Shown piece after piece: positions 1 through 11,238 of a stretch of 64,000 nt of DNA; within the stretch, counting starts at the first letter, position 1, and each line of letters starts with the position of its first letter. The notes beneath the pieces are model-generated. The model was given only the letters and a program-made list of their open reading frames with translations, searched no databases and was not told the origin of the DNA. Both the position numbers and the translations under genes were made by a program. The stretch covers positions 64,001 through 128,000 of the forward strand of contig CBDCWP010000041.1 in NCBI GenBank assembly GCA_965223505.1, in the 5' to 3' direction. This DNA is from Planctomycetota bacterium. GTDB lineage: Bacteria; Planctomycetota; PLA2; JAEUHO01.

Positions 1-646
1 GCGCCGCGGAGAGACGACGAAACGACGCTCGCCATGTTGCGTGAGGCCGTCGGCGACAGCGAGACCGGCGTCGCCGGCGTCGACGGGCTCGAGCGCGTGC
101 GCGCGCTCGTCGAGGCGGCGGGCAAGCCGCTCTCGTCGCTGCGGGTCGATCCGAGTATCGCGCGCGGGCTGGACTACTACACGGGCGTCGTGCTCGAAGC
201 ACAGCTCGACGACCTGCCCGACATCGGCAGCGTCGGATCGGGGCGGGCGGTACGACGACCTTGCGGGGCTCTACACCAAGAGCAACTTGCCGGGCGTCGG
301 GTGTTCGATCGGCATCGATCGCCTCCTGACGGCGCTGGAAGAGCTCGGTCGGGCGAACGCGGCGGTCGACGAGAGCGTCATGGTCGCCAACGCCGGTCCG
401 GACACGATCGAGGCCGCGTTCGCATTCGCCGCGACGCTGCGCGCCGGGGGGCTCGCGGCGGACGTGTATCCGGAGGCGCGCAAACACGGCGCGCAGATGA
501 AGTTCGCGGACCGGCGCGGCATCGCGTTCGTCTTCACACCCGACGCGGACGGGTCCTTCTACGGGAAGCGACTCGCCGACGGAGCGTCCGAGCGGTGCGC
601 CGACGCCGACGCGGCGTTGGCCTGGATCCGGAGCCCGGCCCGTTGA
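1..646 (+). CDS. hisS: Histidine--tRNA ligase, 5'-truncated by window edge; apparent +1 frameshift at ~240-243
   Basis: Frame 1 has DPSIARGLDYYTG..GSVGS; frame 2 continues GGRYDDL..PGVGCSIGIDRL plus anticodon-binding domain; one extra G in GGGG at 240-243 joins them. Confidence 0.9.
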   Translation, partial: RRGETTKRRSPCCVRPSATARPASPASTGSSACARSSRRRASRSRRCGSIRVSRAGWTTTRASCSKHSSTTCPTSAASDRGGRYDDLAGLYTKSNLPGVGCSIGIDRLLTALEELGRANAAVDESVMVANAGPDTIEAAFAFAATLRAGGLAADVYPEARKHGAQMKFADRRGIAFVFTPDADGSFYGKRLADGASERCADADAALAWIRSPAR

Positions 647-915
647 CGGACTGGCGCAACCAGGAGCCGCGTCCGATCCTCTGCCAGCTCCAAGCCGGCA
701 AACACGCCATCTGCGCGTGCGGGAAGACCGGCAACAAGCCCTTCTGCGACGGGAGCCACAAAGGGACCGGCAACTCGCCGCACATTCTGGACGTCGACCC
801 CATGGGGCAAACCGTCGCCTGGTGTACGTGTCGTACGAGCGGCAGGATGCCGTTCTGCGACGGCAGCCACAAGAAGCTCTGGCCCATTCAGCCCCCGCCC
901 AAGGATCCGAAATAG
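643..915 (+). CDS. CDGSH iron-sulfur domain protein with two CDGSH motifs
   Basis: CACGKTGNKPFCDGSH and CTCRTSGRMPFCDGSH; TTG start at 643 overlaps hisS TGA. Confidence 0.88.
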   Translation: MTDWRNQEPRPILCQLQAGKHAICACGKTGNKPFCDGSHKGTGNSPHILDVDPMGQTVAWCTCRTSGRMPFCDGSHKKLWPIQPPPKDPK

Positions 916-943
916 GATCTAGCGTGTCGCACGGAGACCCGTC

Positions 944-1435
944 ATGAAGACCCGCGTTCACGTGAACCTCAACGTGCGCGACCTCGATCGGAGCGTCGCG
1001 TTCTACAGAACGCTGTTCGGCGCCGAGCCGAGCAAGACGCGCGCGGACTACGCGAACTTCCGGCTCGACTCGCCGGCGCTGCACCTCGCACTCGTGCACA
1101 AGCCGGATCACCAGCCGATCGCGTCCGAGCAGCACTTCGGCGTCGAGCTCTTCGAGGACGGCGAGCTCGAAGGCTGGCGCGAGCGTGTCGAAGCGGCCGG
1201 CGTGAGCACGCGGATCGAGGAAGCGGTCACCTGCTGCTACGCGGTCGCCAACAAGTTCTGGGCGCAGGATCCCGACGGCAACGAGTGGGAGTTCTGGGTG
1301 CGGCATGCCGACGCCGAGGCCATGAGCGACAAGCCGGCCGGCAGCAGCGAATGCTGCGCGCCCGCCGCGTCGATGCCTCTCTCGACGATCGCGGGGCTCG
1401 AGCCGAAGCAGAGCGACGGCGGCTGCTGTGGATAG
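944..1435 (+). CDS. ArsI/CadI-family VOC (glyoxalase-fold) metalloenzyme
   Basis: RVHVNLNVRDLDRSVAFY, HFGV, TCCYA..KFWAQDPDGNEWE; extra C-terminal CC pairs. Confidence 0.85.
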   Translation: MKTRVHVNLNVRDLDRSVAFYRTLFGAEPSKTRADYANFRLDSPALHLALVHKPDHQPIASEQHFGVELFEDGELEGWRERVEAAGVSTRIEEAVTCCYAVANKFWAQDPDGNEWEFWVRHADAEAMSDKPAGSSECCAPAASMPLSTIAGLEPKQSDGGCCG

Positions 1436-1652
1436 CGACGACGGCCAGGAGCCGTCCGTGCGAGGCCGCATCGACGACCTCGAGTTTCGTTTCCTGCACC
1501 AGGAGAAGCTGCTCGAGCAGCTCAACGAGGTCGTCATCGAGCAGCGCAACGTGATCGCGCGGCTCGAGGTGCGCGTGGAGGGTCTGAAGGACCAGCTCAG
1601 CGGACTCTCTGCGAACGAGGACGGCGAGGACCCGCCTCCGCCGCACTACTGA
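1428..1652 (+). CDS. slyX: SlyX family protein
   Basis: RIDDLEFRFLHQEKLLEQLNEVV coiled coil and C-terminal PPHY signature. Confidence 0.85.
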   Translation: MDSDDGQEPSVRGRIDDLEFRFLHQEKLLEQLNEVVIEQRNVIARLEVRVEGLKDQLSGLSANEDGEDPPPPHY

Positions 1653-1680
1653 TTCGGCGCGACGAGAACCTGCGACGCGG

Positions 1681-3438
<1,758 letters not shown>

Positions 3439-3524
3439 CGGCGGAATGGTAACGGGGCGCGCAGAGGAGGCACCCGTACGGCACGGGGCCGGGGCGCCGC
3501 GGACGCCCGCGCGCCGACCGAGCC

Positions 3525-3628
3525 TCCCGGGACACGGGATGCGGGAACCGGGAAACGGGAGGCGGTACTTCGCTCCCTGCTCGGAAGTCCCGATTGCCGT
3601 TGCCCGTATCCCGTCTCCGGGGTTCCGT
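3525..3628. repeat. Intergenic palindromic element built of CGGGANN heptamers (copy 1)
   Basis: CGGGACA CGGGATG CGGGAAC CGGGAAA CGGGAGG..ACTTCGCTCC..inverted TCCCG-type heptamers; related copy at 30205-30294. Confidence 0.75.
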
Positions 3629-3651
3629 GAGCACTCGACGCGGCGAAGCCG

Positions 3652-4473
3652 CTAGGTCTTCTTCCGGGTGGGCAGCGGCCTCCCCCCCATCAGGCGCCGC
3701 GAGACGCCGGCGATGAAGGTGCGCGGGAAGAAGCGCTGGAAGAAGACCAGCGACTTGTTCTTGAAGCCCGGGACGACCTCCATCTTGCCCTTCTGCAAAG
3801 CGCGCAGTCCCGCGCGCGCTACCTTGTCGGCGGGCATACGGTTCTTCAGGAAGCCGGTGAGGTTGCGGTAGCCCGCGGCCTCGAAGAACTCGGTGTCGGT
3901 CACGCCGGGGCACAGCGCCGTGATCGCGACGTTCGTGTGCTTGTACTCCTGGTGAATGCTGTTGCTGAAGTTCAGCAGGAACGCCTTCGTGCCGGCATAG
4001 CCGGCTTGATAGGGCGCGGCCTGGAAGCCGGCGACGCTGGCGACGTTCAGGATCCCGCCGCTGTCGCGCGAGACCATGCCGGGCAGCGTGAGGCGCGCGA
4101 GCGCGACGGCAGCGCTGACGTTGACGTGGATCATGTCCAGGGTGCGGTGCAGGTCGCAGGCGCCGTACATGCCGGGGACCGCGAAGCCGGCGTTGTTGAT
4201 CAGGACGTCGACGTGCTCGAGCGACTCGTCCGCGCGCTTGACGATGAACTCGGCGCTCTCGGGCTTGGAGAGGTCGGCGACGATCGCCACCGCTTCGGGC
4301 GACCCCAGCGATTCGAGCTCGACACTGAGCTCGGCGAGGCGGTCTTCGCGCCTGGCCGTGACGACGATGCGCGCACCTTGCCGCGCCAGCTCACGGGCGA
4401 TCTCACGTCCGATGCCCGCACTCGCGCCGGTGACGAGGCAACGCATGTCGCGAAACGTGTCGATGCGTCCCAT
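3652..4473 (-). CDS. SDR family NAD(P)-dependent oxidoreductase
   Basis: TGASAGIG, NNAG, NVASVAG, YAGTK motifs. Confidence 0.93.
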   Translation of the reverse strand: MGRIDTFRDMRCLVTGASAGIGREIARELARQGARIVVTARREDRLAELSVELESLGSPEAVAIVADLSKPESAEFIVKRADESLEHVDVLINNAGFAVPGMYGACDLHRTLDMIHVNVSAAVALARLTLPGMVSRDSGGILNVASVAGFQAAPYQAGYAGTKAFLLNFSNSIHQEYKHTNVAITALCPGVTDTEFFEAAGYRNLTGFLKNRMPADKVARAGLRALQKGKMEVVPGFKNKSLVFFQRFFPRTFIAGVSRRLMGGRPLPTRKKT

Positions 4474-4496
4474 GTTTTCCCGCTCCGTCGCCGCCT

Positions 4497-7400
4497 CTAG
4501 TGCAACAGGTCTCGCCAGTCGGACGGGTAGCGTCCTTCCAGCTCCGCGCGCGCGAAAGCCTCACACAACCGGCGCGTTTCTTCCAGTCGCGTTCCCGAGA
4601 CGTCGATGGGAACTTCGAGCACGTCATCGCCCCAGCTGTCGTCGAGGAGCAACAGCGACGCACCCGCGACGTCTTCGCCCAGGAGCCGCTCGGCCGCGAG
4701 CGCGTAGAGCCGAAGCTGCCATGCGTAGTAGTCCGCGAGCGACTCCGGCGTCGGGAACCGCTTGCTCTTGCGATTGGTCTTGTAGTCGACGACCCAAACG
4801 CCGTCCTCGCGCACGTGCCAGAGATCGAGCGTGCCCTTGACCAGGAGCGAGTCGAAGGTCGCGACACGCACGTCGCCGGGGAATCGGATCCGTGTGTGGA
4901 ACGCGACCTCGCGCCGGACCCGGCCTTTCCGGTCGAGCGAGGCCGCGACGGCGCGACCCACGTCGGCGTCGAGGTAGCGCCGGATCATCCCGCGCGCCTG
5001 CGCCTCGACGCCGTCAGGCGTCCCGGCGGGATACTCCTCGCGAAGCGCGCCGCGCAGGACATCGTCGACGGTCGCGCCGGGGACGTGCTCCAGTACGGCG
5101 TGGACGACACGGCCGAGCGCGGCGCGGTCGACGGTCTCGCCGGGTTCGTCCCAGCGGTCGAGGCGCTCGACGCGTTCGTGGCCGCGCGTTTCCGCGCCGG
5201 CCTCCCCCATCGCATCGAGATCGGGCAGCGCGTCTTCGTACACGTGCTCTTCGAGCAGAACGTTCTCGGCGTAGTAGCGCGACGGATCCGCGGCGAAGGC
5301 GAGCAGCTCGGAGACGCTCACGACGTATCGGGTGTCACCGAGCGGACACGTCTCGACCTCGGCCTCCGCCAGCTTCGTCGCGGCCCACGCACGGTCTTCG
5401 TCCGTGGGCAAGAGGTCACTGCGAGGCTCCACTTGACCCGCGCCCGGTTCGACAGTCGCCGCGGGGACGATCCGCAGGCGTACGGTGGCCTCGCCGAGGC
5501 GGGCGAGCCTCTCACCGGGCGCGAAGTCGCTCTGCAGCAACCGCCAAATCTGTTTCGCCCAGCCGACGGCCGATGACGGCCGGGGCGGCTTGCCGGTGGC
5601 CCCCTTGCACCACGCGCTGATGACGAGCCGCTCTTCGGCTCGCGTGGTAGCGACGTACAGCACGCGCTGCTGCTCGCGATCGTCGAGCCGGCTCTCCTCT
5701 TGCTCGAGAAGCTGGTAGCCGCCCGATCTGCGCCCGGCACCCTCGACGGGATCCTGCATGCGTGCGGCGATCCGCCCGTCCCCGTCGTGCAGCAACGGCG
5801 GTCTTCGATTGCTGCCGATTGCTCGACCGGCGTCCGCGAGGATCACGAGCGGAAACTCGAGTCCCTTCGCCCCATGCACCGTCGTCAGTCGCACGACGTC
5901 GGCATCGCGCGCACCAATGGCCGCCTCGGGCTCAGCCATCTCCCGCTCCCGCAATGCGAAGAGGTGGCGCAACAGGTCGCCGAGACCGCGTCGACCGCTC
6001 GCATCCAAGCGCCGCGCAATGCCGACGGACTTGCGTAGGTTCGCCGCGCGCCGCTCGCCGCCACGTTCGACGAGCGCGACTTCGAGAAGGCCGAGACTGC
6101 GCAACGCGCCTTCGACGGTGTTCGCGAGCGAGCCTGCGACCGCGTCTGCACGGAGCCGATCGAGCGCCGTGATGTTCGCGGCGTACCGGCCGCCCCGGCT
6201 CGCGTCCGCCAGCATGCGATCCCAGGCACGTTCTCCTTCGTGGCCGAACCATCGCAGCAGGTCGTCGTCCTCGGCACCCAGGGCGGGCCCGGTAGCGACG
6301 CACGCCAGCGCATGTTCGTCGGATGGATCGTGAACGACCCGCAAGACGTGCAGGAGGTCGCCGATCTCGTCCGTATCGAGATACCCCGCGCCCTGCATCG
6401 TCACGTACGGGATGCCCCTGCGCGAGAGGGCCGCTTCGTAGATGTCGATCTGCGTGCGCGCACGAAAGAGGACCGCGATGTCACCGTAGCCGAACGGTCG
6501 CTCCACATCCGCTTTCGTGCGCGGCACGCCCCTGGCAACGAACTCCTCGATGTGCTGAGCGATCCACTCGGCCTCCGCCATGCGCGCCTGCTCGGCGCTC
6601 CCCCCCTTCCCGATATCGATGAACGTGACCTCCAGCGGCACCTCGTCGGTGTCCCGGAACGTGCCCATCGCAACCAGCGGCTCGTAGGGAACACCTGCCG
6701 CGCCGTCGCGAAAGAGGGCCTCGTTCAGCGCATTGACGCCCTGGACGAGCATCGGGTGCGCCCGATAGGAGGCGTCGAGTCCATGGCATCCCTCGTCGCC
6801 CACGCGCTCGCGCTCGTCGAGGATCACGCCGACGTCGGCACGCCGGAATCGGTAGATGCTCTGCTTGGGATCGCCGACGGAAAACTGGGACGCGGTGGCG
6901 CGCAGGCGTTCGAGAATCCGCGCCTGTAGCGGATTGGTGTCCTGGTACTCGTCGACGAGCAGCGCTCCGGGCGCCAGATCGAGCGCACGCCCGTCTTGCG
7001 CGAGTCGATCGAGCAGCCGAACGGTCTCCAGCTCCAGATCGGTGAAGTCCAATGCCGAACGCTCACGCTTGAGCTCCGCATAGGTTCGATCGATGGTCGC
7101 CAACATTTCGCGCAGGGCCGGGAGCACGGACGCGCGCCCCCAAACGTCGAGATGTACGCCACCGAGCACCTCGAGCGCGTCCTTCAGCGCGTTGCGGGCC
7201 TTCGTGAAGCCGCCGCCCGGCTTGAACATCTTCGTGAGATCGCCGACGACGTCGTGCAGCTGCCACGTCGCGAAGGCGGCTACGTCGACGCCCTCGTCGA
7301 TGTCGAGCGTCTCCAAGCTCCGACATCGGTCGAGCACATCGCGAAATCGCGCAACGTGTTCTCGATGGACCTCGTTCTCACACGCCGCGAATTCCTCGAT

Positions 7401-7991
7401 GGCTGAGAGTGTGGCGGCTTTCGCCGTCTCGACGTCGATGTCCGCGGGACGCCACTCGATGCGTTCGGGTTCGATGCCGGAACCGCGCAGGAGCCCGAGC
7501 AGCTTGATGCACTCGTCGCGCTGCTTGTAGCGGGGTAGCGCGTGGTATCCGAGCAACGCGTCGGGATTGCGCTCTTCGAGCTCGTTCTCCGCGAGCGCGG
7601 CGGCATCGTCGATCAGCAACGCCGACTCGCCGGCGTCCAGAACCTGGAACGACGGATCCACGCCGGCCTCGACGGCATGTAGCCGCAGGAGCTTGGCGCA
7701 GAACGCGTGGATCGTCGAGATCGACGCGAACTCGACCTCGGCTCGCGCCGCTTCCTCTCCTGCGTCTTCGAAGTACTCGGCGATGCGGCCGCGCATTTCC
7801 TCGGCCGCTTTCTCGGTGAACGTCAGCGCGGCGAGGTCGCGAACACCGAAGCCGTTCTCCCGAACCATGTGCACGAATCGTTCGGCGAGCACACGCGTCT
7901 TGCCGGATCCGGCACCCGCGGTGACGCACGCGTCGGTCGGCGGCCTGAGAACGGCAGCGGCCTGTTTCTCGGATAGCGGCGGCCGGCTCAT
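4497..7991 (-). CDS. addA: AddA-like UvrD-family helicase/nuclease
   Basis: AGAGSGKT Walker A, TFTEKAA, VDEYQDTN, VGDPKQSIYRFR, HGAKGLEF, C-terminal GTLDL..VDYKT nuclease; ATG at 7991 overlaps upstream TGA (ATGA). Confidence 0.9.
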   Translation of the reverse strand: MSRPPLSEKQAAAVLRPPTDACVTAGAGSGKTRVLAERFVHMVRENGFGVRDLAALTFTEKAAEEMRGRIAEYFEDAGEEAARAEVEFASISTIHAFCAKLLRLHAVEAGVDPSFQVLDAGESALLIDDAAALAENELEERNPDALLGYHALPRYKQRDECIKLLGLLRGSGIEPERIEWRPADIDVETAKAATLSAIEEFAACENEVHREHVARFRDVLDRCRSLETLDIDEGVDVAAFATWQLHDVVGDLTKMFKPGGGFTKARNALKDALEVLGGVHLDVWGRASVLPALREMLATIDRTYAELKRERSALDFTDLELETVRLLDRLAQDGRALDLAPGALLVDEYQDTNPLQARILERLRATASQFSVGDPKQSIYRFRRADVGVILDERERVGDEGCHGLDASYRAHPMLVQGVNALNEALFRDGAAGVPYEPLVAMGTFRDTDEVPLEVTFIDIGKGGSAEQARMAEAEWIAQHIEEFVARGVPRTKADVERPFGYGDIAVLFRARTQIDIYEAALSRRGIPYVTMQGAGYLDTDEIGDLLHVLRVVHDPSDEHALACVATGPALGAEDDDLLRWFGHEGERAWDRMLADASRGGRYAANITALDRLRADAVAGSLANTVEGALRSLGLLEVALVERGGERRAANLRKSVGIARRLDASGRRGLGDLLRHLFALREREMAEPEAAIGARDADVVRLTTVHGAKGLEFPLVILADAGRAIGSNRRPPLLHDGDGRIAARMQDPVEGAGRRSGGYQLLEQEESRLDDREQQRVLYVATTRAEERLVISAWCKGATGKPPRPSSAVGWAKQIWRLLQSDFAPGERLARLGEATVRLRIVPAATVEPGAGQVEPRSDLLPTDEDRAWAATKLAEAEVETCPLGDTRYVVSVSELLAFAADPSRYYAENVLLEEHVYEDALPDLDAMGEAGAETRGHERVERLDRWDEPGETVDRAALGRVVHAVLEHVPGATVDDVLRGALREEYPAGTPDGVEAQARGMIRRYLDADVGRAVAASLDRKGRVRREVAFHTRIRFPGDVRVATFDSLLVKGTLDLWHVREDGVWVVDYKTNRKSKRFPTPESLADYYAWQLRLYALAAERLLGEDVAGASLLLLDDSWGDDVLEVPIDVSGTRLEETRRLCEAFARAELEGRYPSDWRDLLH

Positions 7992-10900
7992 GATCCGGCC
8001 TCTCTGGCGCGCAAGGACGCAAGGTCGGGACGGCAGATCGTCGCCCAACGACACGTCTCGCACTCCTTGGCGCGGCCTGGAGCCTTGGTGTGATCGGTCG
8101 CACGCACAGCCGCGACGGCATCGGAGGCGATTCGCTCGCAGGCGTCGAGATCACTCGCGAAGTCGGCGCGCGGCGACAGCGTCTGACCCTCACGCCGATC
8201 GACGAAGAGCGCTTCAACGGCTTCGTCGTACACGATGCGCCGCATGCGTGTGCGGATCGCGACCCACTCCATGCCGACGACGTGAACACCCCGAAGCTGC
8301 TCCACGGCCTTCGCATAGAGCGGGAGCTGGAGGTCGGTGCCGTCGAGCGCGCCCTTGTGGCCCCCGTTCGCCCCGGACACGGAGAGCTTGTAGTCGATGA
8401 CGGAAGCGAGTCCGTCTGCGGTGTCCAGCCGGTCGATCTTGCCGCGAAGGCGGAAGCGTCCTTCACCCTGGCCGAGCCAGACGTCGTTTTCGTAGCCGAA
8501 CGTGAACTCGACGTCGCGGCGATCGGTGCCCAATGCGCTCGTCAAGCTCTGTTGACGAATTCGGAACAGGTCGATCACGCGCCTGACCTCGAGGCCGAGC
8601 AGGACACGTTCCACGTTCGTGACGGGCGCATGGGCAATCGCGCGCCGCACGATCTCCTCGACGTCGAGCGTCGGTTCCGCCACGGCCAGGCGCAGTGCCT
8701 CGTGCATCACCGTGCCCTCGTGACGGGCCTCGAAGGTCGGGCCTTCGAACGACGCTTCGTCCTGGGGGATCCCCACGACGCCTGCCAGAAAGTAGCGGTA
8801 GCGGCATTGAAGAGCGTTGTTGAGGCGCGACGCCGAGACGCGGTCGACGGATGCGCCGAACCGCGCGCGTACGTCGTCGTCGAGCGAGAGTCGATCGGCC
8901 TCGGCCCGCCACCGACGACGGCCGCGCGCTTCGACGTCCGGCCCCAGCAGTTCCAGGAGCGCGCGCGCGCGCCGGCGAGCTTCGTCTGCCGAGCCGCGCG
9001 CTCCGATGACCGTTGCGGCACTGAGTGCCAGATCGGGCCGTGTGTGACAGCGCTCGAACGCAACCGACGCCTTCCCAGGCGGTCGTGGAGTCCCCAACGG
9101 CGTCGCCGTAACGACCCGGTGGAGATCACGCAGGAAGAACGAGGGAGAGATCGGGTCGCCGTTCGTGTCGTACCCACTTCGCACCAGTACGAGCCGGCGC
9201 TGCGCGCGCGTCATGGCGACGTAGAACAGCCGGCGCTCGAACGCCTCGCGTTCGCGCACGAGCGGCAGTCTCAGCGTGCCGTCGTCCTCCGCGAGCCGTT
9301 CACGGTCCCGATCGCGGAGCAGCACGTCCTCATCGGGATGAATCGGAAACTGTCCCTCCTCGAGCCCGGCTACGAAGACGACCGGCAGCTCCCAGAATCG
9401 CGCTTCCTCCGCGCTCATCAGGCTCACGGCGTCGAGCCGGCGGTCCGGCAGACGCGCCGACGAACGCTCGAACGCCTCCGTGAGCTCGTGCACCGCCTCG
9501 GGAAGTCGCACGTCCGCGCCGAAGCCGGTTCGTTGGCCCGCCATGCGCAACGCGTCGAGCACCGACAAGACCTTCTTCGCCACGGCGACCGCCCACGTAC
9601 GACGCAGGTCGTGCGCGCGGTCGCGCGGACGCCCCCGTTCGTCGAGCCCCGCGGGCTCCGGATGCACGATCCAGTCTTCGAGCGCGGCTCGCAGATCCGC
9701 GTAGACGTCGCCGTCGTCTCGCCCGCATGCCGCGCGCGTCGACTCGAGCTCGTCGACCCACGCGCGCAACGCGTCGGGCGCCGCGCTGCGGTACGCTTCC
9801 CAGGAGATGGGGAATCCCCTCGTGCGGTGCTCCATCTCCCAGTCGTCGACGGCACCCAGCTCGTCGGCGCGTCCACGCGTCAACGCGCGCCACCGCAGGT
9901 AGGCGGTGATCTCGCGTGCTTCGAACCGGCCCGCTTCCAGCGCCCCCGATAGCAGCTGCAACGGCCCGCGCAGGGCGCGCACCAGCGGATGCGACGCCAG
10001 CGGCCTGCCCGCCCCCACCACGCGCAGCGGCACCCCCAGACGCTCGAACGCGGACTCGTAGCGGGCGACGTCGTCCATGCGCCGCACCACGACCCCGACG
10101 TCGCGCCAGCCACGCACGAGCTCGAGCTCGTCCAGGCCGGGCTTCAGGACGATCCTGCGAATCTCCCGCGCGACGGCGTCGGCCTCGTCCTCGGCATCTC
10201 CCGCGACGATCTCCAGCACGTGCGCGCCGCCGGGCTCGGGTTCGCCGACCGCGCCGAAGAGGCGCTGACTGATCGCGTGCAGCGGCGTGCCCGGAGCGCG
10301 CGGGAACGCGGCGAGCCGCTGCTCCTCGAACCCGGCCGCCAGCAGCCGTTGCCGCACCCCGGCGGAGCTGTGAAAGAGAGCGCTGCGTTCCGGGTCGTAG
10401 CCCAGCGTGATGTGCGCCGAACCGCCTGCGGCCGTGACGGCCTCCACGAGAGCGGTCAGAATCCGCTCTTCGACCGGCGTGAAATCCTCGAACGCGTCCA
10501 CGACGAGCAGCTTCGGCGCTCGCTCGGGCGGCCGCGTTCGAAGCGCCTCGAGCATGCGGCGCAGCGAGTCCTCGTGATCCTCCAGCCGCGCCTCGCGAAG
10601 CAACGTCTCGTACGCGGCAAACACCTCGAGGAACGCCTCGAGGCGCGCGCGCGACGCCTCGTTCAGGTGCCGCGCGCCGGCGGCGAGCCGGCGGCTTGCC
10701 TCCTCGGGCGGCAGGCCGGTTTGCTTCACCTCCTTCACGAGACGTAGCAAGCGGGCGCGAAACCCGGGCCGCTCGGCGACGGGCTCGAACAGAAACGCGC
10801 CCGCGCGCGACAACGCCTCCTGCATCAAGCGGTCGCGCTCGTCGGCCGACGGGAGACTGCGCACGCGGAACGCCGCCAGGAAACGCTCGCCGGCGGACGT

Positions 10901-11152
10901 GAACGTCTTGAACGGCTCGTCCAGGATGCCGCGCACGTCCCAGCGCGACAGGGCCATGCGCTTGACGTGCAGCACCTGCGCATACGTCGGCAGGATGAGC
11001 AGCGCGTCTTCAGGCGGCGCCGCGCCGCGCCCGCGCTTGCCGGGGCGCGTGGCCGCCTCACGAATGCGCGCGAGCGCGCCGAACGTCTTGCCGCTGCCCG
11101 CCGGTCCGGTGACCAGGAGGCGCGTGGGCAGGGTCTGGGCGCCGGATTGCAT
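7988..11152 (-). CDS. addB: AddB-like helicase-nuclease subunit with PD-(D/E)XK nuclease and Fe-S staple
   Basis: GPAGSGKT, ERRLFYVAMTRA, ALQCRYRY..GKIDRLD..IDYK..CETCRWATIC; coupled to addA. Confidence 0.85.
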   Translation of the reverse strand: MQSGAQTLPTRLLVTGPAGSGKTFGALARIREAATRPGKRGRGAAPPEDALLILPTYAQVLHVKRMALSRWDVRGILDEPFKTFTSAGERFLAAFRVRSLPSADERDRLMQEALSRAGAFLFEPVAERPGFRARLLRLVKEVKQTGLPPEEASRRLAAGARHLNEASRARLEAFLEVFAAYETLLREARLEDHEDSLRRMLEALRTRPPERAPKLLVVDAFEDFTPVEERILTALVEAVTAAGGSAHITLGYDPERSALFHSSAGVRQRLLAAGFEEQRLAAFPRAPGTPLHAISQRLFGAVGEPEPGGAHVLEIVAGDAEDEADAVAREIRRIVLKPGLDELELVRGWRDVGVVVRRMDDVARYESAFERLGVPLRVVGAGRPLASHPLVRALRGPLQLLSGALEAGRFEAREITAYLRWRALTRGRADELGAVDDWEMEHRTRGFPISWEAYRSAAPDALRAWVDELESTRAACGRDDGDVYADLRAALEDWIVHPEPAGLDERGRPRDRAHDLRRTWAVAVAKKVLSVLDALRMAGQRTGFGADVRLPEAVHELTEAFERSSARLPDRRLDAVSLMSAEEARFWELPVVFVAGLEEGQFPIHPDEDVLLRDRDRERLAEDDGTLRLPLVREREAFERRLFYVAMTRAQRRLVLVRSGYDTNGDPISPSFFLRDLHRVVTATPLGTPRPPGKASVAFERCHTRPDLALSAATVIGARGSADEARRRARALLELLGPDVEARGRRRWRAEADRLSLDDDVRARFGASVDRVSASRLNNALQCRYRYFLAGVVGIPQDEASFEGPTFEARHEGTVMHEALRLAVAEPTLDVEEIVRRAIAHAPVTNVERVLLGLEVRRVIDLFRIRQQSLTSALGTDRRDVEFTFGYENDVWLGQGEGRFRLRGKIDRLDTADGLASVIDYKLSVSGANGGHKGALDGTDLQLPLYAKAVEQLRGVHVVGMEWVAIRTRMRRIVYDEAVEALFVDRREGQTLSPRADFASDLDACERIASDAVAAVRATDHTKAPGRAKECETCRWATICRPDLASLRAREAGS

Positions 11153-11238
11153 GAACCCCGCAGACTAGCGGGTTGCGGGGACGCCTCGCCAGGCCTCTGG
11201 TAGTCTGCCCCGACCCGGGGGCCGGGCAGGAGATGGTG

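Noticed and set aside
240..243. Programmed ribosomal frameshifting in hisS or ffh
   Set aside because: No slippery heptamer or known precedent; both events are single extra bases in 4-G runs, typical of long-read error.
34..915. Apparent HisRS-CDGSH fusion ORF of 293 aa in the ORF track
   Set aside because: Artefact of the hisS frameshift; the middle is out-of-frame nonsense and the CDGSH gene has its own TTG start at 643.
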